Assembly: GCF_963921235.1 (NCBI RefSeq)
Contig: NC_086109.1
Coordinates: forward strand, 6,636,001 to 6,700,000
Origin: Mobula hypostoma
Taxonomy: Eukaryota
DNA length: 64,000 bases
Reading direction: 5' to 3'
Shown: positions 49,930 through 62,575 of the stretch, one piece after another
How the letters are laid out: the number at the start of each line of letters is the position of its first letter
How positions within the stretch are numbered: position 1 is the first letter of the stretch
The notes under the pieces: generated by a model
The model's input: only the letters and a program-made list of their open reading frames with translations
Databases searched by the model: none
What the model was told of the DNA's origin: nothing
Translations under genes and position numbers: made by a program

Positions 49930-50868
49930 TTCTGTTACTGTGAATAGTTAAGTGAGTAGAAGATGAACTGATCTCCAAAAGTCATAAAGTTAAAGATGAA
50001 ACATTCTTTTCAATGTTTTAAGCAAGATTGGTGTATTATTTTGCACAATTTTAGAGTGGGGAGAAAAAGGAAAGGAGCACCATGCAAAAGTTTGGGCACC
50101 CCAAGAGATTTGAGCTCTCAGATAACTTTTACCAAGGTCTCAGACCTTAATTAGCTTGTTAGGGCTATGGCTTGTTCACAGTCATCGTTAGCAAAGGCCA
50201 GGTGATGCAAATTTTGAAGCTTTATAAGTATCCTGACTCCTCAAACCTTGTCCCAACAATCAGCAGCCATGGGCTCCTCTAAGCAGCTGCCTAGCACTCT
50301 GAAAATTAAAATAAATGATGCCCACAAAGCAGGAGAAGGCTATAAGAAGCGTTTTTAGGTAGCTGTTTCCTCAGTTCGTAATGTAATTAAGAAATGGCAG
50401 TTAACAGGAATGGTGGAGGTCAAGTTGAGGTCTGGAAGACCAAGAAAACTTTCCGAGAGAACTGCTCGTAGGATTGCTAGAAAGGCAAATCAAAACCCCC
50501 GTTTGACTGCAAAAGACCTTCAGGAAGATTTAGCAGACTCTGGAGTGGTGGTGCACTGTTCTACTGTGCAGCGACACCTGCACAAATATGACTTTCATGG
50601 AAGGGTCATCAGAAGAAAACCTTTCCTTCGTCCTCACCACAAATTTCAGCGTCAGAAGTTTGCAAAGGAACATCTAAACAAGCCTGATGCATTTTGGAAA
50701 CAAGTCCTGCGGACTGATGGAGTTAAAATAGAACTTTTTGGCCATAATGAGCAAAGGTATGTTTGAAGAAAAAGGGTGCGGAACTTCATGAAAAGAACCC
50801 CTCTCCAACTGTTAAGCACGGGTGGATCGATCATGCTTTGGGCTTGTGTTGCAGCCAGTGGCACGGGA
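49930..50868 (+). mobile_element. Tc1-like transposon, 3'-truncated
   Basis: RSGRPRKLSER...NPRLTAKDLQ...WKQVLRTDGVKIELFG...KHG.GSIMLW motifs. Confidence 0.85.
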
Positions 50869-50934
50869 AACTGGGGTAGGGGTGAAGTAAAGAGCTGTGA
50901 AGTTGATTGGTGAAAGAGATGAAGGGCTGGAGAA

Positions 50935-51880
50935 AACATCAACCCACTCATTCTCACAGCTACCTGGACTATACCTCTTTCCAACCTGTTACTGTAAAAA
51001 TGCCAATCCTGTTCTCTCAATTCCTTTGTCTCCGCCGCATCTGCTGTCAGGATGAGGCTTTTCATTCCAGAATGAAGGAGATGTCCTCCTCTTTCAAAGA
51101 AAGGGGCTTCCCTTCTTTCACTGTCAACGCTGCCCTCAACCGCATGTCTTTCATTTCACTTATGTTGCCCTCACCCCATCCTCCTGCCACCCCACCAAGG
51201 ATAGGGTTCCTCTTGTCCTCACCTACCACCCCACCAGACTCTATGTCCAGCACACAATTCTCCGTAAGTTCTGCCATCTCCAACAAGATCTCGCCACCAA
51301 GTATATCTTAAACAAGAGGAAATCTGCAGATTTTCACCCTACTTACTGCTTTCCGCTCCTTACATGGCTCCCTTGTTCATTTGTCCCTCCCTGGCACTTA
51401 TCCTTGCAAGTGGAATAAATGCTATACCTCCCCCTACACCTCCCTCACTACCATTCAGGGCCCGAAACAGTCCTTCCAGGTGAGGTGACACTTCACCTGT
51501 GAGTCTGTTGGTGTCATTTACAGTATCCGGTGCTCCTGGTGTGGCCTCCTGTATATCGGTGATGTAGATTGGGAGACCGCTTTGCCGAGCACCCATGCTA
51601 CACCTTGTATTCCCTCTGGGTTTATTCTATACCTTATATTCCATCTGGGTTGCGTCCAACCTGATGGCGTGAACATCAATTTCTTGGCTTCTCCCCCTTC
51701 ACCATTCTCCATTCCCATTTCTCTTTCTCACCTTATCTCCTTACCTGCATTTCATCTCCCTCTGGTGCTCCTCCCCCTTCCCTTTCTTCCTGTCCTATCT
51801 CCTATGTCTTTCTGCCCTCTCCTATCAGATTCCCCTTCTCCAGCCCTTTGTCTCTTTCACCAGTCAACTTCCCAGCTTGA
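50935..51880 (+). mobile_element. Penelope-like element fragment with GIY-YIG endonuclease remnant
   Basis: SQFLCLRRICCQD...FKERGFP, then FTCESVGVIYSIRCSWCGLLYIG. Confidence 0.85.
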
Positions 51881-52282
51881 TTGTTGCTTGAACCCCCTCC
51901 TCTACATCCTTCCCCATCACTTTATCATTTCCTGTCAGTCACCTTATGTACAGACACTCCTGTCTGTAGTGTCACTCTATGGACATACAATCAATCTCTG
52001 TATATAAGCTATCTTATGTATTCATATTTATTGTGTCTTTTTATTATAGTGTTTGTGTTTTTATTTGTACTGCATTGGATCTGGAGTAATTATTTCTTTC
52101 TCCTTTACACTTGTGTACTAGAAATGACATTAAAAAATCTTGAATCTTGAATTTTATGGGCAAGTGGCCCAGTAAAGCAACAAATAATGTGGCATTAAAT
52201 TTGATTGTTGGTTTTATTTGTCTGGTGTTAAGGACACCCATCTACTGCAGTGGTGTATAGTACGATGTTCTTTATCTTGCAG

Positions 52283-52384
52283 CGGTCAAAAAATCGAAGG
52301 CGTATTCATCAGGAAATGAAGTATTTAGTTATGATGGAAGTGATCGTCAGTCTGCATTTGATTCTTTAAAAGAAACAGTTCAAG
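52283..52384 (+). CDS. CPSF6-like: CPSF6/7-like exon 5 (AVKKSKAYSSGNEVFSYDGSDRQSAFDSLKETVQ)
   Basis: 102 nt, phase 1-1, polypyrimidine plus CAG acceptor, AAG|GTATAT donor; open frame. Confidence 0.72.
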
Positions 52385-55300
52385 GTATATTTAACCTCAT
52401 ATTCAAGTGGGTCTGCTTTTGTCCTGTCACTGCCAAGCTCCCAATATTTTATTTGCTTTGCTCTTGAAGACAAGGGCTATTTGCTGTCTTTTGTTCATAC
52501 AAGATGTGGCTTTCCTCCATTGTGTTACCTAAATTTCTTCTTTTGGGTTACCAGTATTTACATTGAGCCTGGAAGGAAGGATCTCTGTTCAGCCTTTTTT
52601 TCAAGTGCTTCTAGAGGGCAATTGAGAGGGGAAGTTGCCCTTTGATCAAATACTTCTGAAGTGGCTCAGGAGATTAAGGGTAACTTGAGAACTAACCCAG
52701 CCCATGTTTGTAGTGCTGCTCCCCAGGCAAAGCTGTTGAGCATTTAGTATTTGTGCCACCTATCTAGCCTCGAGATTCGTTCGTGCACCATTATCTGAGT
52801 GGCCAGTGCTGTTGAGTACATACACTGCAGCTAGAAAACAAAGCTGACATTTAGGTATTCTGTGATGAGCAAAGTTCAAAGTAAATTTATTATCAAAGTA
52901 CATTTATGTCACCACGTACGAGCCTGAGATTCATTTTCTTGTGAGCAATCACAGTAAATACAAGAAACTTATGAGAATCAATGAAAGGCCACACCCAATA
53001 GGATGGACAACAATGTGTTTAAAAAAGACCAAGCTGCAAATACTAAAAGAAAGAGGAAAAAAAGAAATAATCACAATAACAATAAATTAATAAATTATAA
53101 GACCGTGAAACATAGAAGTAGAAGTTGGCCCATTGGGTGCATCACCATTCCATCATGGTTGATCTAGAATCATAGGACAGTACAGCATTGAAGCAGATCC
53201 TTTGGCTCATCTAGTCCATGCTGAACTATTAATCTGTCCAGTCACATTGACCTGCAATGGTCCATAACTCTATCCACATTTCTCTTAAATGTTGCGATCA
53301 AACCTAGATCCACTGCTTCCCCTGGCAGCTTGTTCCACAGTCACACCACAGTCTGAATGAAGAAGCTCCCCCTCATGTTCCCCTTAAACACTTCAGCTTT
53401 CACCCTTAAACCAAGACCTGTAGTTGTCATGTCCAACCTCAGTGGAAAATGCCTGCTTGCATTTACTCTATCTATACCCTTCATAATTTTTTGTATACTT
53501 GTATTAAATTTCCCCTTGTTCTCTTATGCACCAGGGAATGAAGCCCGAACCTATTCAACCTTTCCCTGTATCTCAGGTCCTCAAGACCTGACAACATCCT
53601 AGTGAATTTTCTGTGCACTCTTTCAATCTTATTGATATCTTTCCTGTAAGTAGGTTATCAGAACTACACATAATACTCCACATTAGGCCTCACCAACATC
53701 TTTTACAACTTCAACAAAGCGTCCCAACCCCGTACTTAAAACTTGATGAAGCCCAATGTGCCAAACACTCTGTTTACGATCTCTTCTATCTGTGACCACT
53801 TCCATGGAATTATGGATCTGTAGTTTCCGATCCCTCTGTTCTACTGCACTCCTCAGTGCCCTACGCTCACCACATAAATCCTACCTTGGTTGTCCTCCTG
53901 AAGTCCAACTCCTCATGATTGTCTGCATTAAATTCCTTTTGTCACTTTTCCACCCATCTTACCAGCTGGTCCAGATCCCATTGCAAGCTCTGATAGCCTT
54001 TCTCGCAGTCCACTATAACCCCAGACTAAGTGTCATCCATAGATTTGCTCATCCAGTTTACCATATTATCATCCAGATTGATGATATAGATGACAAACAA
54101 GTACCAATCCCTGTGGCACACCACTAGTCCCAGGCCTCCAGTCAGAGAGGCTACTACTTCCACTCACAAACAAGAGAAAATCTGCAGATGCTGGAAATCC
54201 AAGCAACCCACACAAAATGCTGGAGGAACTCAGCAGGTCAGGCAGCATCTATGGAAAAAAGAACACAGGCAGGTGTGGAGGCCACGTCATTGAGTCTATT
54301 TAAAGCAGAAGTTGATAGTTTCTTGTTTGGAAGGGGTGTCAAAGGTTACAGGGACAACACAGGAGAATTGAGGGTTGAGAGTGATATGCAACTTTTATTA
54401 CCTCATCTGGAATGCCAAGTATCTGAACCACCTTGACCAACCTCCCGTGCAGGACCTTGTCAAAGTACTGCTAAAGAGGGATTTATTATCCTTCTCAACC
54501 CTCAATTTTCCTGCCTTCTCCCTGTAACCTTTGGTGTCCTTTCTAATCAAGAACCTTTCAACCTCTGCTTTAAATATACTCAATGACTTGGCCTCCGCAC
54601 ACACCTGTGGCAAAGAAATTCCTCCTCATCTCTGTTCTAAATGAACATCCCTCTATTTGGAAGCTATGCTGTCTGATCCTAGACTCCCCCACTACAGGAA
54701 ACATCTTCTCCACATCCACTGTATCAGACCTTCCAATATTTGTTAGGTTTCAAAAAGATCCCCACCCCGCCACTCTTCTAAACTCCAATGAGTACAGGCC
54801 TAGAGCCATCAAATGATCCTCATATTATTAACCCTTTCATTCTTGGAATAATTCTGGTGAACCTCCTCTGGACCCTTTCCAATGCCAGCATATCCTTGCT
54901 TAGATAAGGGACCAAAAGCTCATAGTACAATTCGACATGCCACAGGCTACTGTCGCGAACAAGGAACCGAGAGGTGTTTCCCCTTCCACAGCGAGATGGG
55001 ACGCCAATAAACAACTTGCTATTTTGACGTTACAGTCTGCATTGTCGCTTTTATTCCGAGTTCCCCGACTCGAGAACCAGCAACAAATCCCAACCATCGA
55101 GATAGTATATGTTTTTTTAAAAACCGCAGTATAGCTCTTGTTAGCTTTATTTTCATAGAAAGTTTTCCAGGTTCCATTAACGCAATATACCCAGCCTCTA
55201 ACCTGTATCTGAGGAAAAAAATTGCTTAACTTTACTTGCATATTTAGATGGTGATGGCATTCATTTGTCAAGTTGTGCTGAATGAATGATTGTTGTTTTG

Positions 55301-55869
55301 CTTAACTGAGGTGTTGATCCAATGAATTTTGTACTTTGGGAGCTGGATTCTATTCACCAATGAAATTATTTGTATAAAACTTGGACTATTTCAGTGCATC
55401 AGAAAGATCTTGTAAAAACCTGTGTCTAAAGTGTAGATGAAAAGGTATTCCGTACTTCCAGTTTTATTTGGTCAACTTTCCATTTAGATACTATAGATTA
55501 TTTGGATACTATAAAGGCTATTTTCTTTGAAAATAATGCAGAGGGTAATGGCTAATATGAGGGGGGCATAATTTTAAGGTGGTTGGAGGAAAGTAGGTTT
55601 CTTAGACAGAGAGTGATAGGGGTGTGGAATCCTGGGGTGGTGGTAGCAGCAGATACATTAGGGAAATTTTAGAGGCTCTTAGATAGGCACATGGGTGAAA
55701 AAAATTGGGAGAGCTATGTAGAGGGAAGGATAGATTGTTCTTCGAGTAAGTTAAGAGGTTGGCAGAACATCGTGGACAGAATGACCAGTCCTGTGCTATA
55801 GTGTTCCATGTTGACAGCAGATCCAGCATAATTCTATGGCATCATTTAAATATCTTCTTTTTGTGACAG

Positions 55870-56185
55870 GGGATTCAGCTCTTCAAGACCAGACCCCTTC
55901 ACCAATCGAACAGTCGGCAGTTAAACTAACAGCTTCGGTTGTTGGAAATAAATTCCAACCTGCTGCTTTTCTTTCTCCTAACTTTCTGTTACGAAACTTC
56001 ATTTCACTGGGTGTTTCAGCTATGAGTATTCCACGACTAGGTTTTGGTGGACATGGTTATCGTCAGTCGTTCCAGATGGCTTGTGCTGCTCCTGCGCCCT
56101 TCATACCACCAATCAACCCCGGATTTTTTCCTTTTCGCAACAACTTATTTCCACCTATGTTTAATCCATACAGAGCGCTTGCAAG
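55870..56185 (+). CDS. CPSF6-like: CPSF6/7-like exon 6, Pro-rich region (...APAPFIPPINPGFFPF...)
   Basis: 316 nt, phase 1-2, CAG acceptor and GTGAGA donor; INPGFFP resembles the VNPAFFP motif of CPSF6/7. Confidence 0.85.
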
Positions 56186-58024
56186 GTGAGAATTCATAGC
56201 TCTATTTAACTTTTATTTTTTCAGAATTGGATTAATCAAATTAATTTCATAATTGGATTATTATTGTTATCAAAATTCATGTTTTTTCTTCCTTTTGGAA
56301 AAAATTGACTTCAATAAATTTAGGCATGATTCGATGAATCTAGGATGGCTTTCCCATTCTTACCTATGTTTCTCAAAAGTAAATGTTGTCCTTGACAATA
56401 TTTTCCATTAGTTTTCCCACCACTGACAAACTCAAGTTTAGAGAGGAATGAACTGAAATCAAATGGGTTCCTACTAAGTCTGCCCCTTGAGTTGTATGTA
56501 AAGACCTGGTCTCCCTATCTACGAAGGATAAACCTTTAAAAGAGGGAGCGCAAAATTGATTCCTGGAACATAGGGCTGTTCTCCATTGCGCTCGATAAAA
56601 TCAGTACTGATTAAAGCATAAAATTCTTAGTCACCATAAGTGCTGGGAAAAAGTTTTCCTTCTGGCTGGGGATTCTTGAACCAAGGCTTAGAGTGCTAAC
56701 TGTCCGGTCATCCAGAACTGAGGTGAGAAGGCATTTCTTCACTCAGAGCTTGTTGAAATTTGTAATTTTCCCGAGGGGCTGGCACATCTTTCTCCCTGGT
56801 ATCCATGTATGCTTTGGCAGAGAGCATGGGAGTGATGGCCTTTTTACTGTTCCATCGGTGCATGTCACTTAAATGTGAGATGCCATCGTTTGACAACTCA
56901 TCTGCAATCTTGATTGAATATGGAAATCCTATTACATGCTGTGTGCCCTTGTAGCCTGTGGTTCAGTGAATATCACACTCAGGTCTAATATTACTGGCTT
57001 GTGATTTGAAATTTGTTGTTTTGCAGCAGTACATTGCAATACGTAATTCAAAAAAAACTACAAATTACAATGTATACCTGTTTGTAAGTATTTAGAATCT
57101 GTGGCTGTATACCTGTGTGTGTGTATGTATATGTGTGTGTGTGTGTATTTGTAGCTATTTTCCGTTGGTCATGGTTGACCATGGGATGTTGTATTCTAAC
57201 TGTAATGCGCAAGCCAGGGCAGTATAATATGGAGAGCAAGCTGTTGCCCCGCCCCCGATGAAACTGATGAGCCCAAAGGAATGACAGAGACTGATACAGT
57301 TTGGCACCAGTAGCATTGCTGGAGTTGCTAGTCACTGTTGAAATCAACGTAGAACTGCCTTAGAGACTCCAGCTCTGAATTTTTCCTGGGGGTTTACTCC
57401 CGAAGCCTTCCCCATGAGTGGGTATAGCCGCAAAGCAGCGGAGGTTTGAGATCAGAGTTTTCCTTCTCCTAGATGAACTGCCAACCATTGCTGTCAAGGG
57501 CCATCTACCATTTGTGTGTGTGTCTTCAGGCACCAGTAGCTTGCCTTTGCCCTGTCTCCTGTCAGTAGAAATCGCTCCACCAGGCTTAGAAGCTGAGCTT
57601 CAAGTGAAGGCTAGGGAGCTGGCCTTGGTTGTCAAAAACTACTTGAGACGCACGCCATTGGGAGCATTTAATAAGTAGTGTGAGCTTATCTGCACTATCT
57701 CCCATGACTATAACAACCTTAAGGAACCATATATATATTAACTTAGTGCAAAAAGAGAGCAGAAACCAAAAAAAAATGCAGAGTGAGGTAGTGTACATGG
57801 GTTCATTTTCCATTCAGAAATCTGATAGCATAGTGTAAGAAACTATTTGTAAAACGTTGCGTGTGTGTCTTGGGGCTCCTGTACCTCCTGAGACCCTTCA
57901 GGAAAGTGTCCATTGGGCATAGCAGGTTATTATCACGTTTATGTCACAGCTTCAGTCCAGCATATCAGATCATGTATGCTGCAAATTGAACTCTTAAGGT
58001 CTTGTTAAATTAAGGCCATTTGTT

Positions 58025-58676
58025 TGTACAGGATCTTTCTTTTTTTATGTTAAATTTAAAATGGCTTCTTTGTTATGTTATACTGGGGAATGCTTCTTTG
58101 TTATGTTAAATGCTGAGAAAGTCTCTAGCTAGACAGTTGCTTGGGTTAGTACAGACAGCAGGGTGCTATTAGCCAATAGGTGGTCATGTATCGTTTTCTT
58201 TTTGGATACAATGCTGTATCATATGACTGGGGACGGGGTTTTTGGCGGGGGGTCGGAGGAGAGACGGGGAGGATGGCGGATGGGGTTTTGGCGGGGAGTC
58301 GGAGGAGAGACGGGGAGGACGGCGGACGTGTGGAGAGGCTCCGGTCGATCACTTCGGGTGGTCCCGAGCCGTGAGTCGACAGGATCTGGGTGGTCGTCAG
58401 GAATCGATTGAGCTCCAACGGTTGCGCGCGAAGAACTTGGACTTTGATAAGTCTTGGCGCCTTTTTTTCATTTTTTTTCCTGTATCAAATTTATATTAAT
58501 ATCATAGAATTAGTAATATCTATAAAGTGTCCTTGGTAAAACGTACTGGGTGTGCTGGCTGATGATTGATGTTTGGGATTGATTCGGGCGGCAGCCGACT
58601 CCGTGGGAAGCGTTGAGGCAGGTGCTGGGTGGGATTTCCCCTAGACATATACGAGCCAATATAACTGAGCATTACA
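58025..58676. mobile_element. Solo LTR (652 bp), young
   Basis: TGTA...TACA termini; 4-bp TSD TGTT (58021-58024 and 58677-58680); CpG-rich; internal duplications. Confidence 0.85.
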
Positions 58677-58686
58677 TGTTTCACAG

Positions 58687-58778
58687 GGAACCACAATTTC
58701 AAGAGACCCTGCAAAGCATGGAGATCAGAAAAGAGCTTGAAAGAAGAGGGGCAATTTTACCCAGTAATGAGAGCAAAG
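58687..58778 (+). CDS. CPSF6-like: CPSF6/7-like candidate exon 7 (REPQFQETLQSMEIRKELERRGAILPSNESK)
   Basis: 92 nt, phase 2-1, CAG acceptor, strong AAG|GTAAGA donor, in frame with exon 6; weak homology. Confidence 0.62.
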
Positions 58779-59758
58779 GTAAGAGCTCAGACAGCAGAAG
58801 TAAAATGCTGCAGACGTTGCATATCTGCAAACATAAAGATGCTCAGTATACATTGGGTCAGTAAATGATCTAAAGATAAACACTTAGCTTTATTTGTTAC
58901 CTCTATATCTAGAAGTACATTGAAATGCATCATTTGCGTCAATCCCAACACAGTCCGAGGATGTGATGGGGACAGCCTGCAAGTGTGGCCAACATGGCAA
59001 GCCCACAGCTAACTAACCTGTCTGCCTTTGGAACATGGGTGGAAACTGGAGCAACTGGAGGAGACCCATGCAGCCACAGAGAGAATGTACAAACTCCTGA
59101 CAGGCAGTGGCAGGAATTGAACCCAAACCGCTGGCGCTGTGTAGTGTTATACTCGCTGTTGTACTACTGTGCCGCTCTAAGAAGTATTTAAGCAGAAATA
59201 GTAATCCAGTATTCTTTTCTTTTTCAATATTTTTATTGATTTCTTACATAAAAGAATACACAGTAGGATATATAATATATATTGATTACAATATATTGAA
59301 ATCACAAATATAGTCTCATGACCCCATATCCGTATACATTAAATTTAAACATAATACTGAAAAGATAATTTTATTATACAAAAAAAATCTAAACCCACTA
59401 CCAGAAAAAAAACAGCTGTTTGGTTAAAAAAAAGAAAAGGAAAAAATCCTTATCATATAATAAAACATATTGTTCACCAACATCTGTGCTTAATAGCAAA
59501 TCAAAGATTTTGAAAATAATTCAAAAAAGGTCCCGTAATCCAGTATTCTCCATGCAAATATATTCCTTACATGTAAGCTAAAGAAGACAAGACAGAACTT
59601 TAAAAGGTATGCTGTGCTCTTGAAGGTACTTGTGTACTGTCACTTTTCCTGTACGAACATTTTGAATTGGGAGCATTAACGGTCCCTCAGGACCCACGAA
59701 TATTTGCCATTCAATAAAATCACGGTTGTTCTGACTGTACTAATCTTTACTTATTAAG

Positions 59759-59900
59759 CCACAAATATGAGAAAATCTGCAGATCCTGCGAATCCATCAG
59801 TCCTGATGAAGGGTCTTGGCCTGAAATGTCAACTGTACTCTTTTTCCAAAGATGCTGCCTGGCCTGCTGAGTTCTTCCAGCATTTTGTGTGTGTTGCTTG
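59759..59900. mobile_element. Short inverted Penelope-derived insertion with plus-strand hammerhead motif (59798-59835)
   Basis: 9-bp TSD CTTATTAAG (59750-59758 and 59901-59909); CAGTC CTGATGA AGGGTCTTGGCCT GAAAT GTC AACTG. Confidence 0.75.
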
Positions 59901-60659
59901 CTTATTAAGTATCCATTCTATCTCTGCCTTACAAATATTTAGAAGCTCTACCCTAATGTCCTTTTTAGGGGAGAGATCCAAAGACTTGTGACTGAGGAAA
60001 GAAATATCACTTTTTTTTTTCTGTTTTAACGCAGTACGTTTAAATCTAGTTTCTTAGTTTTCTAACATTCAGTGGGGGCAAATCTAGCCTATTTAATTTT
60101 TCCTCATAAGAAGTATTCCAACAGGATATTTTTCTCAAAATAAGGAGTCCAATACTTGTACAATATTTACTTACTCCCTGTTACACTGTTGGCATTTAGG
60201 GCAACAATGAAGGTGCTCCGTCTCTGGTGGTGTTCAGGGCTTCCTTCATCATGTCAGTAGCTTCCTCTCGGTTTTCACTACTGTCAGTCACGCAAGTCCC
60301 AGGTGGAGACTCAGGAATACCATTGCATTCAGCTGTAGAAGGATTCTTTATTGCTTTTTCTTAACAGTTTTGTCTTACCATTCAGGGTTGTTACCCCTGT
60401 GCTGTACCCCCGAACCTAGAGGTCCAGTGGACGACTCTTAGTCTGGCCTCTACCCTTTGACCTGTTTGGCATAGGTGACCCTACCAAGAGCCAAAGCATA
60501 AAGCCCTGACTCCACCCAACATAGCTCTCTGGGTCATTGAGGTATGCAAGCCTCTAAAGCAGGACAAGGTTGTGGTCCTCTTGGAGAACTGTCAAACTTG
60601 TCGTGTTGGAAGTAGTTCAGATATAGCTTACTATACTAGACTAACACTGGAATGCTTCT

Positions 60660-61660
60660 TATGAGAAGAACCAGTCACCATCACAACAGTAGATGTCCAG
60701 CAACGGGTAGCAAGTATGGAGAGCTGGACATCACCAGGGCTGACAAGATCCAGACCTATTGGCTGAAGAAACTAACGGCATTACTGACATGGCTGGCAGC
60801 TCAAATGAACCAGCTGCTTGAAGCAGGCTCCCACCCTGACTGGCTAACTCAAGGGGGACAGTACTCCTAATAAAGGATTGTCACAAAGGAGCAACACCAT
60901 CGAACTACCAGCCTATAACTTGTCTGTTAATAACGTGGAAGATCCTATCAGATATCATAGCCATCAAGCTGAAGGGATCTGTGTGCAAGTTCCTGAGCCT
61001 TGGTAGACAAAGCAGTGATGTGAGACTTGAAGACCAGACAAACCAACCTAAGTACAGCCTAGATCAACTACCAGAAAGCATATGACTCAATGCCTCGTGC
61101 ATGGATCCTGAAACGCCTGTCCTTGCACAAGGTCAACAAGACACAAAGGACCTTCATCAAGAATTCATGGGCCGTTGCAGGAATTGTGTACAGGAACACC
61201 TGCACTGAGTATGGATTGGATACTCCCAACTCCAAACGGGAAACACCCGAGAACATAGTGGAGAATGACAAAGCTAAGATCATGTGGGACTTCCAAATGT
61301 AGATTGATAAGCAGGTATTGGTCAATCAATCAGACAGAGTAATACTGGACAAGGAACAGAAGAAAGCAATAGTCACAGATGTGGCAATGCTGAATGACAG
61401 TTACATCAGGAAGAAAGAATATGAGAAGCTGGAGAAATACCAGGGCTTGAAAGAGCAGGTAGAAAGGATGTGGAAGGTTAAAGCCAGCGTAATTCCGGTG
61501 ATAATAGGAGCACCTGGACTGGGACAGTGGCTCTAAAAAATCCCCGGAACAGCACCTGAGATCTCGGTCCAGAAGAGTGCACTACTGGGAACAGCAAGGA
61601 TACTGCACCCAGCCCTCAAACTCCCAGACCCCTGGTAGAGGGAAAAATACACATACACAC
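60660..61660 (+). mobile_element. R4/Dong (Rex6-like) non-LTR retrotransposon remnant, internally deleted
   Basis: RT pieces YWLKKLTAL...HPDWLT, PSNYQPITCL and YQKAYDSMP; restriction-like endonuclease pieces AKIMWDFQ...DVAM.ND...EKLEKYQGL...PVIIGA. Confidence 0.8.
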
Positions 61661-62478
61661 CACCCATAAGGGGTGAGGGAAAAAAAAGGGATAATTAGTC
61701 ATTGTAAATTGTCCTGCAGTTAGGTTAGGATTAAATTGGGGGATGGCTCGGCAGTGCAGTTCAAAGGGCTGGAAGGGTCTATTCTATGCTGCACCCCAGT
61801 AAATAAATAAACATATTCATGTCTCATTACTGTCCTCTATATTTACTATTTTCTTGACCAACTTTTCCCAAATTGTCCATTTTTAAGGGCAAACATTTGT
61901 CCATTATGCTGTTTAGTTTAAGTGACTGAAAGAATGGTATATTTCTAGAGCTATTTTAAAAGGCTTGTGATCTTTATTGAAAAAAAAGTTGAACGAGTTA
62001 ACACATTGCACTGAAATTAAGTGCATGTTAGAAGAAAATAAGCATGTACAATGTCAAGGGGTCAGAACTGATTGTAATTTTAAAAAGTTTTACACTAAAT
62101 TATTCTCTGTATGCAGAACATAAGAAATAAAATAAGAGGTGGACTGATGTAAGTTTAGAGCACAATGGCTATGATTTTTAATGTCATTTCCAGTACACAA
62201 GCGTGAAAGAGAATTAAATAATTGTTACTGTGGATCTGATGCAGCACAAAAAAAAGAAACACAATAAGATAAAGAACACAATAATAAAAAATACAATAAA
62301 TATAAATATATATTTATATAAGATAATTTGGATAGCTCGTGCGGTTAATGGTAAGGTTGAGTTGTTCTCTGATCTTGGCAATTTATCTGGCCAATGGTGA
62401 CGAAACATTTGCAAGTAAATTGCCAAGATTGGAGCACAACTCGACCCAACCATATATTTATTAGCATATAATTATAGA

Positions 62479-62493
62479 GTGTGTGTGTGTATA

Positions 62494-62533
<40 letters not shown>

Positions 62534-62534
62534 C

Positions 62535-62573
<39 letters not shown>
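62479..62573. repeat. Compound (GT)n(AT)n(AC)n microsatellite
   Basis: About 95 bp of alternating purine-pyrimidine sequence. Confidence 0.9.
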
Positions 62574-62575
<2 letters not shown>

